A DNA stretch of 64,000 nt, taken from Lingula anatina. Its lineage: Eukaryota > Animalia > Brachiopoda. The stretch is from NCBI GenBank assembly GCA_051362555.1, contig CM120642.1, forward strand, positions 29,078,001-29,142,000, given 5' to 3'. Both the position numbers and the translations under genes were made by a program. Positions 1 to 22,420 of this stretch are shown here, piece by piece (the stretch's first letter is position 1; each line of letters begins with the position of its first letter). The notes beneath the pieces are model-generated. The model did not search any database, had not been told where the DNA came from, and saw only the letters and a list, made by a program, of their open reading frames with translations.

Positions 1-299
1 AAATAATATACATGTTTCTGTTCAATTAACATTCATACCTATTAGTAAGAAACACCAAATAACTCAACAGATAAGAAACAGTAATGACCCTTTCATACTT
101 CAGTCCTAAATACTATTAGCCTGTTATAATGAACAATGCACACGCCTGTCAATGATAGTAAAAACAATAAGGGCAACCAGGTACATAAAAGCAAAAAAAT
201 ATATACATCTTGAAAGCCTGACTGTCTCACCCTCACATAAATCATACTATTTATGACACGTTTTATAACCAAAAATGATTGATGATAAGCATGCGAACC

Positions 300-433
300 T
301 GTCTGACATCAAGACCTGGTCAACCTTTAGTTTTTGCATCTTCCTTTTAACTTTTTATGAGCTATTTTTATTTGTCTGGCATCAAGACCTGGTCATCCTT
401 TATTTTTTGCATCTTTCTTTTGACTTTTCATGA
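300..433. repeat. Tandem duplication, ~73-bp period, 2 copies (ALG8 intron 7)
   Basis: gtctg(a/g)catcaagacctggtca... starts at 301 and again at 374. Confidence 0.85.
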
Positions 434-769
434 GAAAACAATGAGCACTCCTTTCAGGAAATAAAACCAACACTCTGTTCATCATCCATAATGCTTTTCA
501 GTAAAATGAATTTTCAAAAACGTGCAAGTTACTATTAACTTGTTCCTTTAAATGTATTCTTGTTTATTATCCTCTACAGTTTAGAACTTGATGAAATAAT
601 AACCTATTATAATTGTAGGGAGAATATAGTAGTGGTCAGTAGGGGTCAAGGCAAGTGTGGGACGCAGGCGTGGTCTATAGTATAGACTGAGGAAGGTCCA
701 GACAGATGACCAACATGGTCAACAGAGTCATGGAGCTAGACGGAATGGGTGCATGAATTCTATGTGCTG

Positions 770-950
770 TGTTTAATAAAGTGCTGATTATTGGAACATA
801 AGGTATTTTTATTTGAATAAAAAAAAATGTATAATAATGTGCTGATTATTGAAACATAAAGCATGTTTATTGAGATAAAAAACTAACCATGTTTAATAAA
901 ATGCTGATTATCGGAACATAAAGTATTTTTATTTAAATAAAGAACTAACC
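770..950. repeat. Degenerate tandem repeat, ~60-bp period, 3 copies
   Basis: The unit core tgctgattat(t/c)g(g/a)aacataa recurs three times at ~60-bp spacing. Confidence 0.8.
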
Positions 951-1591
951 AAGATAAATATCTTCCCAAGACCAAAGCCAAAAAAAATTAACTTTCATCA
1001 AGGATCCACAGATACATTAAATGCCAAGAAAAAATACAGAGTACCTGAGGGTCTCCCAGAAACTGAGTCAGAAACTTTGCAACTGTTGACACTATATAGC
1101 CAGACAGAAGGGAAATGAAGAAAGTATCCTTAATGAGCATTTGTCAATGTACCAAAATAAACAGTATTTCAATGTCATGAGTGTGACACTTAAGGGAACT
1201 AGAAAATCTATTACTCAGAAGAGAATTTGATACAACAAATTAAATGAACAAGTAAGCGAACTAAGTGATGTAGGAAAAGCGCTAGTTGAAAAGAAGTGAA
1301 GAAAGTAGAAGAACCTGTAAGACATTAAACTTCTAAATTAACACTGTTTAATATTTCAATAAGTTCTTCTCCAAATAGATTAATCTTATTCCTCCACTTT
1401 TGAGACAAAAGCCAGTGATCATTTTATGTCATCAATATTTTTTTCACTTATCTTTTCTCTCTCTCTCTCTCTCTCATTTACTCACCCAAAATCAAACAAC
1501 TATTGTAAAGTCTATTTGCTATAAGTAAGGTGTCTCCACTATGTCAGTATGTCCAGCTTTAGATCCTTTCACAGCAATATAAGATACTCAC

Positions 1592-4500
1592 CATGGCAAT
1601 GAACGGCCCAAAGGACATCCCACACACCATGACAACCACAGTACCCAGCTTGAACAGGCGCAGAGGAGAAAAAGAGGTCCATAAGATGCTGCCATCTGAA
1701 AGAATGTTTCAGAAATATTAAAATACTAGATCTGTATTCACTCACTCAAAATAAACAATGCTGGTATGTGTATATAACATATAAAACATTAGATTTTCAA
1801 TGCACTGAATTCACTTGTTTACAATATTCCAAATTTTCTTTTACAAAGCTAAGGCAATAGTGGTATTTTCGTTTTCTACATTTAGTAAGTAAGTCTTTTT
1901 TTGCAGCACGTTCTATAAGGATGATTGTTTTTATATCCCTTGCTCCTAATTTTTATAGAAATAGATAGATAATATGGTTTTGTCATTGAGGTCACAATTA
2001 TCCAATGAGAAAATAAAAACAAATTGTTTTTATCCTTCTTAATTCTGAAAGCAGAAATGCTTATTCAACACTCCCTCCGCACAAAAAATATCCATACCTT
2101 GGAAAAAATATGTAAATGCTTTATACCTTTTGCATTCTGGAAGCAGTGTGACCTCAGTAAGTATACAAAATAAGCTGGTGCCACATACAGGAAGATATGT
2201 TTGAAGTTGAGTAATGTTGCAAATAATAAAGCTGCCTCCAGATTGCGACCCTACAAAGATCAGTAAAAGCAACATACTACCAGCAGTACAGAAGTCAATG
2301 TAAGATATTGGCAATAAACAATAGAACACTTTAAAACATCTGAAATGACTTCATGAAAATGCCCAGAGTAAAGCACCTGCCATGTCCATTCTAGCTCTTG
2401 TCTGAAGGTAATTTTTTGGACTTCAAATAAATATTGAAATTTCCCATCTTACTAGGGACTTAATATTCACTAAATTCATTCCATGAGAAATTTAGCAACA
2501 CTAATGCAAATCTTTCACAAAAAATTCTACAAACATTTATTAAGCTTTTAAATTAGAAATATTCAAAAACTTACCTCATATATTCTTACTACAGACAGCA
2601 TCAAGATCCCAAACAGGAACCCATTGTACTGAAAATGAATATCTGTACATCATCTTAAGAAATGCTAATATAATTTTTCTCTAAAAAAATTAACTTTCAA
2701 TTGCCAAAAGGAAAAAAAAATATCCATTTTAAGATGCAACCAGTTCTTCACATCCTCAATTGTTTCGAGTCAATTTTGAGATTTTAACCCTAGGCTTTCA
2801 CCTAAAACTTCTTAAGCTGAGTTACAAACAATAAACTACATTTGTGCATAAAATGGTAAATACAGGAGTAGCTGAAGGAACAGTTGGATATGACAATGGG
2901 TGAGAAAATGAGAGAAACAGAAATAAGGAGAGAGAGAGGGGGAGGGAAGGATAAGGAAGCAAGATGATAAAAAATCATTCATTTTTTTTTAAAGGATACG
3001 ATCAACAATGAGGAGTCCAAAGTTTCCAATCATAAGGACAGCCAGAGAGAGCACAGAATTGGAGAAAACATCTCCCTCTGGACTCCTTTTCACAGGACGC
3101 AGACATTTCTCACAGAACCTTGAATAAAGGAAATGAAAAGCTTTTGATAATTTTCATACATTTTATTTACAATAAATCATCAAGTAGACACAAGGAAGGA
3201 AATAATTAATCTGTCAGGAAAATAAAACTATTAAAACACATTAACATCATTAAAATTAATATTTCTACTTGAGGTTTTGATTTGTAAAAAAACTCAAACC
3301 TATGCAAGGAAAGCTAGGTAATTTAAAAATATATTTTTTTGCCTATTGTTAGTATGCATGCAACATATTGTCTCATATTTCACATTTTTTGTAATCACAA
3401 AGTACCTTTTAGTATAGATTGATGAAAAAGCACCTTAAATAGTAACGATACCAAAATAAATGTCTATAAGAAGCTTTAAATGCAATTCTTAACTTCCATT
3501 GTGTACTTGCACTTTTTCTTAATATTCACTTACTCTTTTACAGCATAGATGTAAACAAAATCTGTAATTATGACAGAAAATCTCTGGAACAAAACTGTGG
3601 CATGGCTTGCATAGTTGAGGTTTTTTATCACCACCATCTGTGGGTCCACATATTTGGCTATATGAGAGAGCAAAAACTCAAACCAGGCAAAGAAGGGAGG
3701 GTAATCCAATGTCCATTCTGATGTGGCCTAAACAGATTAAAAAGATCTCAAGCATTGTAATTCTAAATAATAAGATGTACATTATCACTGAAAAAAAGCT
3801 CTTTTGTGGTATTTTGAATTGTTTCAAAGACCCACCTTACCAGAAGACTTTACTTCAAGATATGCTCATTAAAAATATAACACTGTGAAACACACTAAGT
3901 ATTAAGTCATTGCTACAGCAATCCATTTCACAAAATAATAGACAATTTACTTTCACCATCTCTTGAACCATTATTCTTACTGAATGCCTAGTTTTAATTC
4001 TGTTAACTTTGACAATTATACAAAAATACTCCAAACATACCTCATAGTACCACTTTGACAATGGCAAACTATTGGTTACTGCTAACCAATTACGATGGAC
4101 CTCAAAGTCAGTAGAGTGACTGAAAATATAATTTCAACAATGTGAACACAATGACTGACATATCTTGTCATAGTGCATGCCCCACTTTTAAAGTTAATAC
4201 AATGGAGGATTTACAAATCTGTAAAGATTTCTTGGTTCCTCTGGGTCAGTATTCTGATGTTTAGTAAACTGGAAGATGTTTTGGCAACTTGAAGAGGTGA
4301 GAGGTAAAATGAAAATCTGAGAGCTTTTGCAGCACAGGGGGCATGCTAACTGACTATCATTAAATTTACGGTTATGTGAAACTATTAAGCACATATCAGA
4401 TATACACAGCCATTGTCAGTCACATGCACTAGAAACAGACAGGTCTAGGCGAAGGGGACACCCTCCTCCCTTCATTGCCTTTGTCACAATACATGTTCTT

Positions 4501-4777
4501 AAGCCCTCAGCACGAAGTTTCGAGGAGTAGCACTACCATCAAATGTTTCTGCAGGTATATGTGGCGCTTGAAAAAAAGCTTCCAGATAAGCCCCTTTCCA
4601 CACACACACTCGGACTCACTCCTGAAACTTGCTTGTTCTGAGCCTGATATGATGCTTACAGATACACTTTGTGGTCACTGTATTGTATGTTACTCGGGTT
4701 TTAAATACTCACTAAGTTGGAATAAGAAGAATTTTCACAGCGGTAACAAAAGCCGCAATGCCCCACACATTTTGCAT
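1592..4777 (-). CDS. ALG8: Dolichyl-P-Glc:Glc1Man9GlcNAc2-PP-Dol alpha-1,3-glucosyltransferase ALG8, exons 1-7 (partial; gene continues beyond left edge)
   Basis: Exons 4777-4713 ([22 protein letters not shown]), 4119-4041 ([26 protein letters not shown]), 3727-3534 ([17 protein letters not shown]...), 3118-3000 (...[10 protein letters not shown]), 2642-2575 ([12 protein letters not shown]...), 2250-2127 (...[25 protein letters not shown]), 1695-1592 ([18 protein letters not shown]...GPFIAM). All introns are GT-AG and phases join in frame. The motifs are the hallmark ALG8 motifs. Confidence 0.97.
2643..2999 (-). other. U12-type (minor spliceosome) GT-AG intron 4 of ALG8
   Basis: Donor reads GTATCCTTT (reverse complement of 2991-2999), the U12 consensus. 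A branch-point-like TTTCTTAAG lies about 10 nt before the AG, with no polypyrimidine tract. Confidence 0.9.
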
Positions 4778-6832
4778 TTTCGGCAGCACACGTGGGAATG
4801 TGTATATACTATCAACCGATAATGCACATGACGTCACTTCCTCAAAAGACTACGTCAGTACAACTGCACTAAACGGTGACTAAACACGGTACGTGTAGTA
4901 GGCCTACTGTGTATGTTTAGATATCTTAGATTATGTACTCAGAATTATCTAACAAGGTAGAAATTGCATTTCACTTTTATTGGGATACTGCCATGACATC
5001 TGGGTGCGATAAACTTTGGAGGGTAAAACTCGGACGTCAACGATCACGATCTACATGTAAAACCATATCCAAAACCCAACGGAAGTTTGAGAAGATGGAC
5101 ATGATAACATAATTTTTTTCTACATTTATTGATTTTTATTCATTTCTGTCTTTGATTTAATAAGCTAAATAAAGAGAGGGACCAACGTAGATTTAATGGA
5201 AATAACAAAAGAAAAACGTACCGGTAGGCTACGTGTACGTACACATGTAGGCTACATGTACATGTGCATGTACGTCACATGCTTCCCTGTTTCATCACGA
5301 AACAACTTACGTCATCAGATTAACAGTTAAAGTTTGCAAGCACCTTCCTGCATGTATTAATACATGAAAAAACAATGTCATGCACAGATATCCTGATTCC
5401 TATCCATAGAAAGCTTAAAATATTTTCGAACCCACATAGAATTTATCGCTCTTTGACTCAGTTCTTTCAAATAGGCATACGGTTGGTCATTTTTCTTCGA
5501 AATTCAGTAAATATAGATATCTTGCTGTTTCTTCGTTTAATTAACCCACTTCCTGACACTTCCGAAATCCGGATACCGGCCTGCACATATGCCTACTGTA
5601 TACGTAGAAGCCTAAGGGCCAATATACTGACCATTGATATCCGTATTGAAATTAGGCCTACCACAGAGCGATAGGGGCCTATCTGCTGTAGCCCAATTAA
5701 ATCAAGCAAGAATATAGGCCTACAGAATATGTAAACCTCTTTCCTACACGGCAGATGTATGTAATAATACAATACCTTCATGTTGTGCGTTGTTCAAGCA
5801 ATGTACAAAAACCGAACACTTCAAGAGAGAAAGAAAGATAAAAGGGAACTTTTATCCACTCGCAAACACAAACTCATTCAGTCACGCACCCACCTACTCC
5901 GACATTCACTCACATAGCAACAATTCTAAGATTTTTTATATAAATCTTAGTTGAATGAATTTTCATCTGAAGAAGCCACGGCAGAAAAAGTTAAATGGTA
6001 TGTGACTGACTTAAATGTTGATCCTCACCGCAGTTTGAGGAAAGTGCCCACCCCGGGAACAGACGTGGGTCCCCCAAAAGCAGTTTCAGAGCCGAGAGAA
6101 GTGCCCGCCCCGCGAAATGCTCACAAGACAGCGGGTTATTTTAATTGATGGGGAAGTAAAGATATGAGCGCCGGGCAAAAAAAATTAAATATGTGACATA
6201 AATATGGTAAGTAAAACAAAATTATTCACCGCGTGCAGCATTGTTTATACACAGAAACCGTTGATGCGGTAAATACACTGTATGTGTAATAAGTACGTGT
6301 ATAGTGATAAATTACATGTAAGTAATGGGCGAGAAAAAAATAAAGAGAAAATATTCATAACGAATGTATCAAGTGCTTTTTGAAGATGTCTGCACAGCAA
6401 AAAATAAATAAATAAATAAATAAACTTGCTTTTAGGAATAAACAAACTTGCACTTAGGGTATCTTTACGCGACGACAAACTTTGGGTCCTAAACATTTTC
6501 ACTGCCGATAAAAAGATTAGAACTTGTAAAACCTACAATAACAACGATATTCTATATTGTAAGCTCTCCGGTAAGTACTCCGTGAACTACATTGATTTGA
6601 TTGGTATTTTACAAATATAGATAAATGAATAAATAGAAATAAATAATGTCACTAGCAACGCAAAGACATCAAGAAGGTGGAAGGAGCTGTGTCAAAGATT
6701 GAAACTACCTGTGTGATTTCAGTTTATTCAGTTTGTTCTTTCAAAATGCACTTATTTTAATTTGCAACTCTATAGTACCTAGCAATAGCAACTTTCTTGT
6801 AATAGAAGATAATTAAATAACCTCTCTCTTCC

Positions 6833-6835
<3 letters not shown>

Positions 6836-6901
<66 letters not shown>
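6836..6901. repeat. Compound microsatellite (CT)n(CA)n
   Basis: Directly visible. Confidence 0.95.
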
Positions 6902-6902
<1 letters not shown>

Positions 6903-8081
6903 TTACTTAATTCCTTCTTTCACTCTCATCTCATTCTCCTTCCGACCCCCACCCCCCACCCCTTCATCCCTCCACCAACCCCCGGTAGTAGAGAATCATA
7001 CAACGCAAGCGATGGGTGATGTTACGATTTTGGGGAGCGTCCAAAATCATTTAGTTTCATGGTCTGGTGTTGCACAGTCATCCCAACACCACGAGATGTG
7101 TAATAATGAACACCTTAGGCCTGTCTTATATCGAGTTCATTGACAATTATCTTATGCTCACAGACCTTTCTCTCATTATTATGTACATGTACCGGTATAT
7201 TATTAAAATATTCGTGTACAGTGGCAATGGCACGCGAGGTCAGAAGCTTTGCTTTGTACATGAAGACTGATGACGTCAGCAGCTGTTTAATAAACAGAGA
7301 TGTTTTAATTGAGTCTTCAAATCGCCCAGATATCCGAACCCAGCTTGGTATTTTCAATCTGCCACACCACCTGCCGCAAGATGCGGCTTGCATCAGCTCT
7401 TCATTCACTACAGTGGAGGTGTGTCCCTAATACTGCGCTCTGATTCGCTGCTCTAAATGACAAGAGGGTCGCGCCCCGGGACAAAAAACCACAACCTTTC
7501 TTTGTAAGCGCATTCCTGATTACCATCAGTTCCATGGCCATTTCCTCGACGTCTAGACAATTTGGACGGTTTAACCGAGTGCTAGTCTCGCTTGAATAAA
7601 AATATATGTCGAGCTGTTTGGCAGGTAGCCAAAAAAGAGGCTTATTGGACGTGTAATGTCGCTTTTTGCGGTGCTGCGGCAGGTATGTGTCCGACACGGA
7701 AGCGTAATTTACTACAATCATACAGTCTTATTGGATTTTAGATGAGCGCGTGATAACAATGTCTCTGTAAATTAGGAGTTATAAAACATCGACGTATAAT
7801 AATGTCTTGATTTTAGTATGTTCTTTCTGGACGCCTTATAATATTGTGTTATCAGGGAGCGAACTCTAACTATGACCTAATTCCTTTTAGAAAGTAAATA
7901 CCAATGACTCTTGTATTTTGTAACAAAGTGAAGGTAGAGAATGGAATTAATAAAGCCTTACTTGCACGCTGTAATTTTGAAGGGAACTTATGAAACTGTC
8001 CCACATTTTAGCATGCTCCGGAAATAAGGTTATTGGGTGCAAAGTCTGTAATGTAACTTTATGCCATGTTTACTAACAGTG

Positions 8082-8115
<34 letters not shown>

Positions 8116-8135
8116 TGGAGGAGGAGGAGGAGGAA
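8082..8135. repeat. (GA)n followed by (GGA)n microsatellite
   Basis: Directly visible. Confidence 0.9.
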
Positions 8136-10721
8136 GAAACTATAAAACTAAAATGACATGTCTGATCAATTCATTCTCCTCCTCTGAAAAACAAAACTAT
8201 CTGTATAAATAAAATATCTACCTCTCTTGTATTTGACCGACTTAAAGCAACCAACAGACAATGAATATCTGTGTTTTTTTTACAAACTTATACAACAATG
8301 AAGTAGTTCATCACACAATACGGAGTCATGCAATATTTAAATCATCATTTTTTTCTGTTTATCAAAATGAAAGTTTTCAGGGTTAAATTCTATTAAAAAC
8401 ACGACTAAAGGTAAATTGTTTGTTAAAGACCTATAAACGTACCGGTATTTGTAATATAAAAGACAGTATCGCTTTATGATACAATAGATTTATTTAGAAA
8501 GCAGGTCTACTGCAGGGTATCTACGTACATTCTTTTCAATCAGTTATCAAAGAAGTTTTAAAATGTGTCAGCCAATATTACCATTTCTTATAGTAACTCT
8601 CACGAGTCGATATCGTGATCGATACCTGATCTGGTTAGCTTGTGTATTGATTCTGTCACGTGTTACTTAAGTTTTCAGCGACATATTTTCTCTTATTTCA
8701 ATAAAAAGTGATCTAGTTCTTACATAAGCTAGACCGTCAAGTGCCAGTGAATATGAAGATGTCACCTCCAGGTTTACATAATCTTGTAATGAACAGTAAA
8801 ATTTCTGAACTTTTATCTGTTTGTTACCCCAAAATAATTACATGCGCTAAACATGTGAGAGCTACACATTCTTGTATAGGTGCCAAAAATGATGACACGC
8901 GTAAAACGTACCGATCACACCTGCTTTTGGTCTAAAAAAAGTGATAATAAAAGGCGCCAACATCGCCCAGCTACGTTCGGGTCAAATATTCACTACTGTT
9001 GGCACGTTTTTCATTGTTTTTAAACCCAGACTGTGCCTTATCTGGACTTAATCGAAGGAAATATGCGAATCTGTTCACCTCTGTCGTAAAACAAGGTAAA
9101 GATATGGCGACAGTTGGTGGAAAGTTCACCGACTGATCTTTTCTGTTCTCACGCCTTCAAACTTTACTTTGGACTAGCGCCAAATTCGACAGAAATCCTT
9201 TGTTCATCCTTCATACTTAGGAGTCGTTTGCAGGGCAAATGCAATTTGAACTAATTAACTGTCGTTTGAAGCTTATATAGTTATCTAATAACTAGGCAAA
9301 TTAGCTTTTACAATATTCAACTTGGATGAACCAAATGTAAAGTTCTGCTCAGCGCATTGGAGGACATGGATTGTTGTACATTTTACTGACCACAAACTGT
9401 GAGTGAATCACATAAAACTTTTGCAGTTATTTTACATGAATGTCCCTTTCCACACATTACTTTCAGATCATTTTAACACTCACCAAGCCGTAACGAGCAA
9501 AAAAATCGAATTAGAAAGGATGCTTGAAAAAATGGATTAATAAGCGCTGTCGTTTATCTATTATGCTAGGCAGTAAGATCAACTAACTTGTTTTATTGAT
9601 TGCAAATGCAATTAAGCTCCCGTCAAATGTTTCGTTAACGAAGTTATTGAGCATAAGAAAGCTTAGACTTATTTTCTCGTGCAAGCAAAGTGAGACAGAG
9701 AGGGGGAAGTTTTCGCATTACTCAAAAGTTAAATGCCTTTAGAACAACAAATGTGGTAAGGGATTACAAAAATACGATGGGATAAGAATTTAAGACGAAG
9801 TGCTTTGAAACAACAATGTTTCTACAAGTGTGCCAAACATGAAATAATAACCTCTGTTATTGACGTATGTAAAATGCAACTGGCGTGTTTGGAGACTCAC
9901 CGCAGTTTCAGTAATTGTTATAAGTGTGAAATATTGTCAACTACACAGTTCTTCACAAAGTAAGTTTTTTTTTTCTTTTTCATTTATTTATTTATTTATT
10001 TATTTATTTACTTTTCGGATCCATTTGTCTTTAGATGCTGATTGGCAATACTTGTATGTAATCAATGGCACGATAAACAATAAATATACTGATACGTATT
10101 ACTGAAGCCCGGTGTACCGTGTGACTGCATGCAGTTCTGGTAGCCGTGAGAATGCTGCATGCCACACTGATGTGTCTATCCAATCGTCTCAGGTAAAGCT
10201 CAGCACTAAGCTGCTTATATTAACTTCGGTGCTCTACTCATTGGCGTTCTTTTACTTTATTTATTAATTTATATATTATTGTTGTATTTTTACAGTAAAT
10301 AGATTGTACAACACAATTCAGATCCCTAGCTTCTGAATTAATGTCAAGTAAATTAAAGTCTGGTTACGAGTTTTAGCATCAAAACGGTTTGGGTTTTACT
10401 TCTCTTTAAAGAAATACGTAAGGGGGTCGACTTTTGCTCTTTGCGTGTTATTTCGAATCTGTATCAAATGAAATAAGTCAATTCATAAGACAATGCTGTC
10501 AGTTTTTTTCCGTGTTTTCTCTCTCCCTGTTGTTAATTAAAAACATGTTCCCCTTGTCCTTTTTTAAAGGAACACAGTGTGAAATTATTTGAGATACCGG
10601 TACTGTACATGCTTCATCCAAACAGATGTTGATTTCACTTTCGATACGTGTCTCTTGAGAAACTCGACTTTCCTAGATCAATATTTGAATCCAGTTCGAT
10701 TTGAAGAAAATCCATTGTCAC

Positions 10722-10944
10722 CAGGGGCGGATCCAGGGGGGGGGGGGGGGTCCAGGTTTTTTTTTAAGAATGACAGGCCCTTTGGTATTTTAGAGTGCGA
10801 ACGGTGCCATTGGTTCGATTTAAAACTATGATTCAGCTGGTCAAAATTCCAATTTCACGAGGGGACTATTGGTGTAATTTTTTTCAGAAACTGAAGGAGG
10901 GGTAAGGACCCGCCTAACACCCCACCCCCCTAAGTCCACCACCG
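10722..10944 (+). mobile_element. Non-autonomous DNA element of the CAGGGGCGGATCCAGG family
   Basis: Starts CAGGGGCGGATCCAGG and ends in a degenerate inverted copy (cccccctaagtccaccaccg). Internal sequence is shared with the copies at 45401 and 48970. Confidence 0.75.
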
Positions 10945-11209
10945 GCCATCTCTGACCTTTAAGAGGGCCCTGCGCGTGTTCTCAAATTAAAATATTTTAA
11001 TTCAGTTTAAATGTTTAACTGTGGTTTAAAACTGCAGTAGCAAAACTCTCAGACTCACGTACCCGTTGCAGTTTACGTTGTTTAGTTCTGTGCATTGTTT
11101 CATCCATTTCACTCTTTTGTATAAGGGTCTTTGTGTGTAGGCCCCCTATGTGTTTGTGTTTCATTTATTTCTTTTCAACCTGTACCTTATTGAAGTTTTG
11201 CAATGGAAA

Positions 11210-11240
<31 letters not shown>

Positions 11241-13299
11241 AAAACTCACATAATTCAACCATTTATACCTTGAGACTGATCCTGATTCCAGTAATGTCGT
11301 CTCCACTATAGATTAGAGAACGTCCACGTTTAAGAAAAAACAGAAAGTTGAGAATATACATGTAGATCATTTGATAGAAACTTAGCTCATTTATGAGAAT
11401 GCATTTTCTTTGTATTCACTTTTTGTGTAACAGGTATTTAGCTTTTGTACTGTTGCACTAATGACGATGGTGTTTTTTACAGTAATTAATATGACTTGAA
11501 TAATTAAACATTAGGACTGATAAGAGGGAACAAACATAATGATCTCAGTTTTCTCCTTGTTAAATATTAAAATATTATCTAATATCATATGCAATCCGGC
11601 TTCTCTGCAATCTCAATTAAAATTCAGTATTTTACAGAACATAAATCACTTCAAAGAAAAAATTCTCATTGATTATGAAACACTTCTTCATATTTCGAGG
11701 AGGTTCTTCATCGTAAAATATGAATCATTTGACGGGTATACATGTACAGACACAGGTAAATGCAGTCATGAATTCAAGACAGACAGGATATTAAGGAATC
11801 AAAATTTTAAATCTTGAAATAGCTATGATGCCAAATCTGTGATAAACCTTTGGTAAATGTTACACAAAATTAAGGAAAAGGAACAAGGAGACGTCTGTGC
11901 TAACCGACTAATAATTGAGCACGCCACGCCCTAACGGGCTTTCTTTTCTTGAAGGTTGAGTCACTTCTTTTCGTATCTTCCGTTAGGTCTAATATAATAG
12001 TACATTTGCACCGTGTGTCTTGTTTGTGTTTTTTAATAGTGCATTTGGTCAAAAAGATAGTGTTCATCATTATAGTAGCCTCAACAGGTGGGATTCTGAG
12101 TTAATGGAATTTTTCTACGACTTTGAGATATCTACTGTAGTAAATAATACATATAAAGGGTGGGTTCCACACGTTGACTGGCATAATAAAAATGATAAAT
12201 CTGTTGTCTTGTAATATTATACTATCATATACGGTCAAAACACTGTTGAACAAGTAGCAAATTATGGATTGCTGTCAGAAAATTGTGGAAGACGAAGGTC
12301 TTTTGACAAGAAAACGAATACCGCTGCGTTTTTTTTTTCATGACAATTTTATTTGTAGACTATTTCCCTCGTTCTAAAGTTATTTAATGGAAAGGGGTCG
12401 ATGAGAGTTTTCGCTGGTCCTTGATTTCCTGGCCCAGTGCCATCGACTTAATGTATAAAAACAAACACAAACAGGTGATAATGATTAGGCCGGGAAATAG
12501 ATCACCACTTGAGTAAGTGCGAAAAATTATAACCACAACCACTAGTACAATGTATGAAGAAGGACTGCTTGTCATTGTGTGTTGGGGGTACCTGTGCCAG
12601 GGCGACAGATTGATTTTCCACGGATATTCAGAGATATGCCTATAAATAAATAAATAGACGGTCATTTTGGTTTTCGGTCGATTCAGTAAAAAATGTCCAC
12701 GATAATAACTGTGGCCCTGGTAGAGGGTATGTTGGGAGAGGGGGCACACCATTCTTCCCCACCCGCATATCTTGCTATCTTCATCTGACACAGTCTATGT
12801 AACGTATTTCAGAGTGTGAAGTTAAACTCAGCGTAAAAAAAATAACAAAAATAAAAGTTTCCCAAGCCAAATACATACAGGGTATATGACACTTCTCGTG
12901 AACTGTTTTACGTAAATATCTCAATCAAGCGCAGATAGATTTTGATTATTCGTAATGTGAGAAAGAATTTCATGCGTCTATGATATTTATGTTTCCTCTT
13001 TGAAGTAGAGCGCAAGACAAGATTTTCGGAGTTTCATCACATTTCTGACGTCAAAATTGTAAAGTATTAATCACATCAGCATGTCCAGTACAAGTCGTAC
13101 AACGCTTATAATTGAGATTAGATCGAACATGAACTTACGCACGTCAATAGGAAATAGATAATAAACCCACCGAGAAAAGAACATAATAAAGTATAATCCG
13201 TGACCCATTTCACGATTTACCTTTCTCTTCAACAAAAGCAATTGTCGTGTAATGTCAAAGACGGACTTTCTCACCGACTAAAGGTGTGTGAATGTGTGG

Positions 13300-13430
13300 C
13301 TCTTTTGTCACGATCTGATTGGCTGATGCGTGGAGGCGTGTATGGCAACCAACCAATCAAATCGTCACCTACTGACCCAGCCCAATAAAAGCGTAAACAT
13401 AAGCACGAGGTTGGATAGCACTATAAACCC
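13300..13430 (+). promoter_or_regulatory. Putative promoter of GH13 gene A (three CCAAT boxes and a TATA-like element)
   Basis: ATTGG at ~13318, CCAAT at ~13354 and ~13382, TATAAA at ~13422. These lie just upstream of an exon with ATG 13570 and a consensus G|GTAAGT donor. Confidence 0.55.
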
Positions 13431-13569
13431 CACACAAGAAGAGCAACGTTATCGCAAAGTGACAGCTATAAGTATCAGAAGATCGTGCCTTGAGATCTCT
13501 TCACTCAAAGAAGGCATCTAAAAGAGAAAAGACTGAGACAATATCCATACAAATAAGCAAATCGACGAA

Positions 13570-21254
<7,685 letters not shown>

Positions 21255-22380
21255 TTGATCTATTTTTTTTCTTCGTCACTTCATTTTACATCACTAGTAC
21301 TCAATCGTTAAAACATTTCCATTAGATCTCATGCTCATTTCCTTTCATCACATTCCTTGTTATGTTTTTTTTTTATCTTCACATATCTTCTTAATCTCTC
21401 TAATGGAGTGAAGGCAACTGTGTGTTGAACATACAGTGCACAGCATATTTGTCTCAAAGAAACGTGTCAAGCTAATATCTCATTGTTCAAGACATCGTTT
21501 AAGAGAAGCTCAATTTTATCAGGTTGGTGATTTATGAACTTGCTTATTATGACCTTAGAGGATTGTTTATCTAATGTATGACCTGATATGCTCTGAGATT
21601 GGTGGAGCTTTAAGTTCATTCGGTTGTAAATGACCATGGTCAAGTTTCACATTGACATTAATTGTACATATATTTATATCTATTTACGCATTAACGACTG
21701 TGATTTGTTGATAATATTTTTTAACAGTTGAAATAATTGGTGGATTTAACCATGGCCATTTTCTCCTGTTGTCCATGCCATGTACAATGTAAATATCTCA
21801 CTGGGTTTCTGTATCAGCATATATATGGTGCTATTAACCCAAAAGCACTGGAATCTAGTGTCGGTGATCAAGTGCCAAATCGTAAATTGTTATAACATTG
21901 ACGAGTAATTCTTTGGTACTTAAGTAATCATGTAATCAGATATTTTACTATTGACAAAGTCACGTATATTTTAAATTATTGCAGTACACGTTTTATGTTA
22001 TAATTAAACTGTTGTTTTGTTGACTAAATTAAAAATTTTATAATTGAAAAATCACGTTTTAGTTGTTTTTATCTTAAAAGTCTGATGCGCCATTCGTAAT
22101 TAAAGCATGAAATGGCGCTTAGTTCCTGGAGCGATATAGTCCCAACTTGATCGGAAGATGGACAATAAGTAATCGTATAAACAATGTGAAATATAGAACA
22201 TATCTTTTAATATTTCTGTAATACTGCGGTACACTGCAAACTGATGACAATCCGATAGTAAAAAAATTATTAAGGATGCTGCATGCAGGCTTCATCCACA
22301 AGTGTGACTAAATATTTCCACCACATTCCAATCTACCCCATAATATCACAAAAAAAAATTACAAACTTATTACTAATCTG

Positions 22381-22420
22381 CAGGGGCGGATCCAGGATTA
22401 TTTGAAGAGGGGATCCGCGT
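22381..22420 (+). mobile_element. Truncated CAGGGGCGGATCCAGG-family element
   Basis: caggggcggatccaggattatttgaa is identical to the 5' end of the element at 45401. Confidence 0.65.

Noticed and set aside
300-950. Short direct repeats resembling a CRISPR array
   Set aside because: Eukaryotic intron; the units are contiguous degenerate duplications without unique spacers, and there are no cas genes
950-1340. Purine-rich, coding-like stretch on the plus strand in ALG8 intron 7, including a GTATCCTT motif
   Set aside because: Interrupted by stops, with no recognisable domain or exon chain; at most an old repeat remnant
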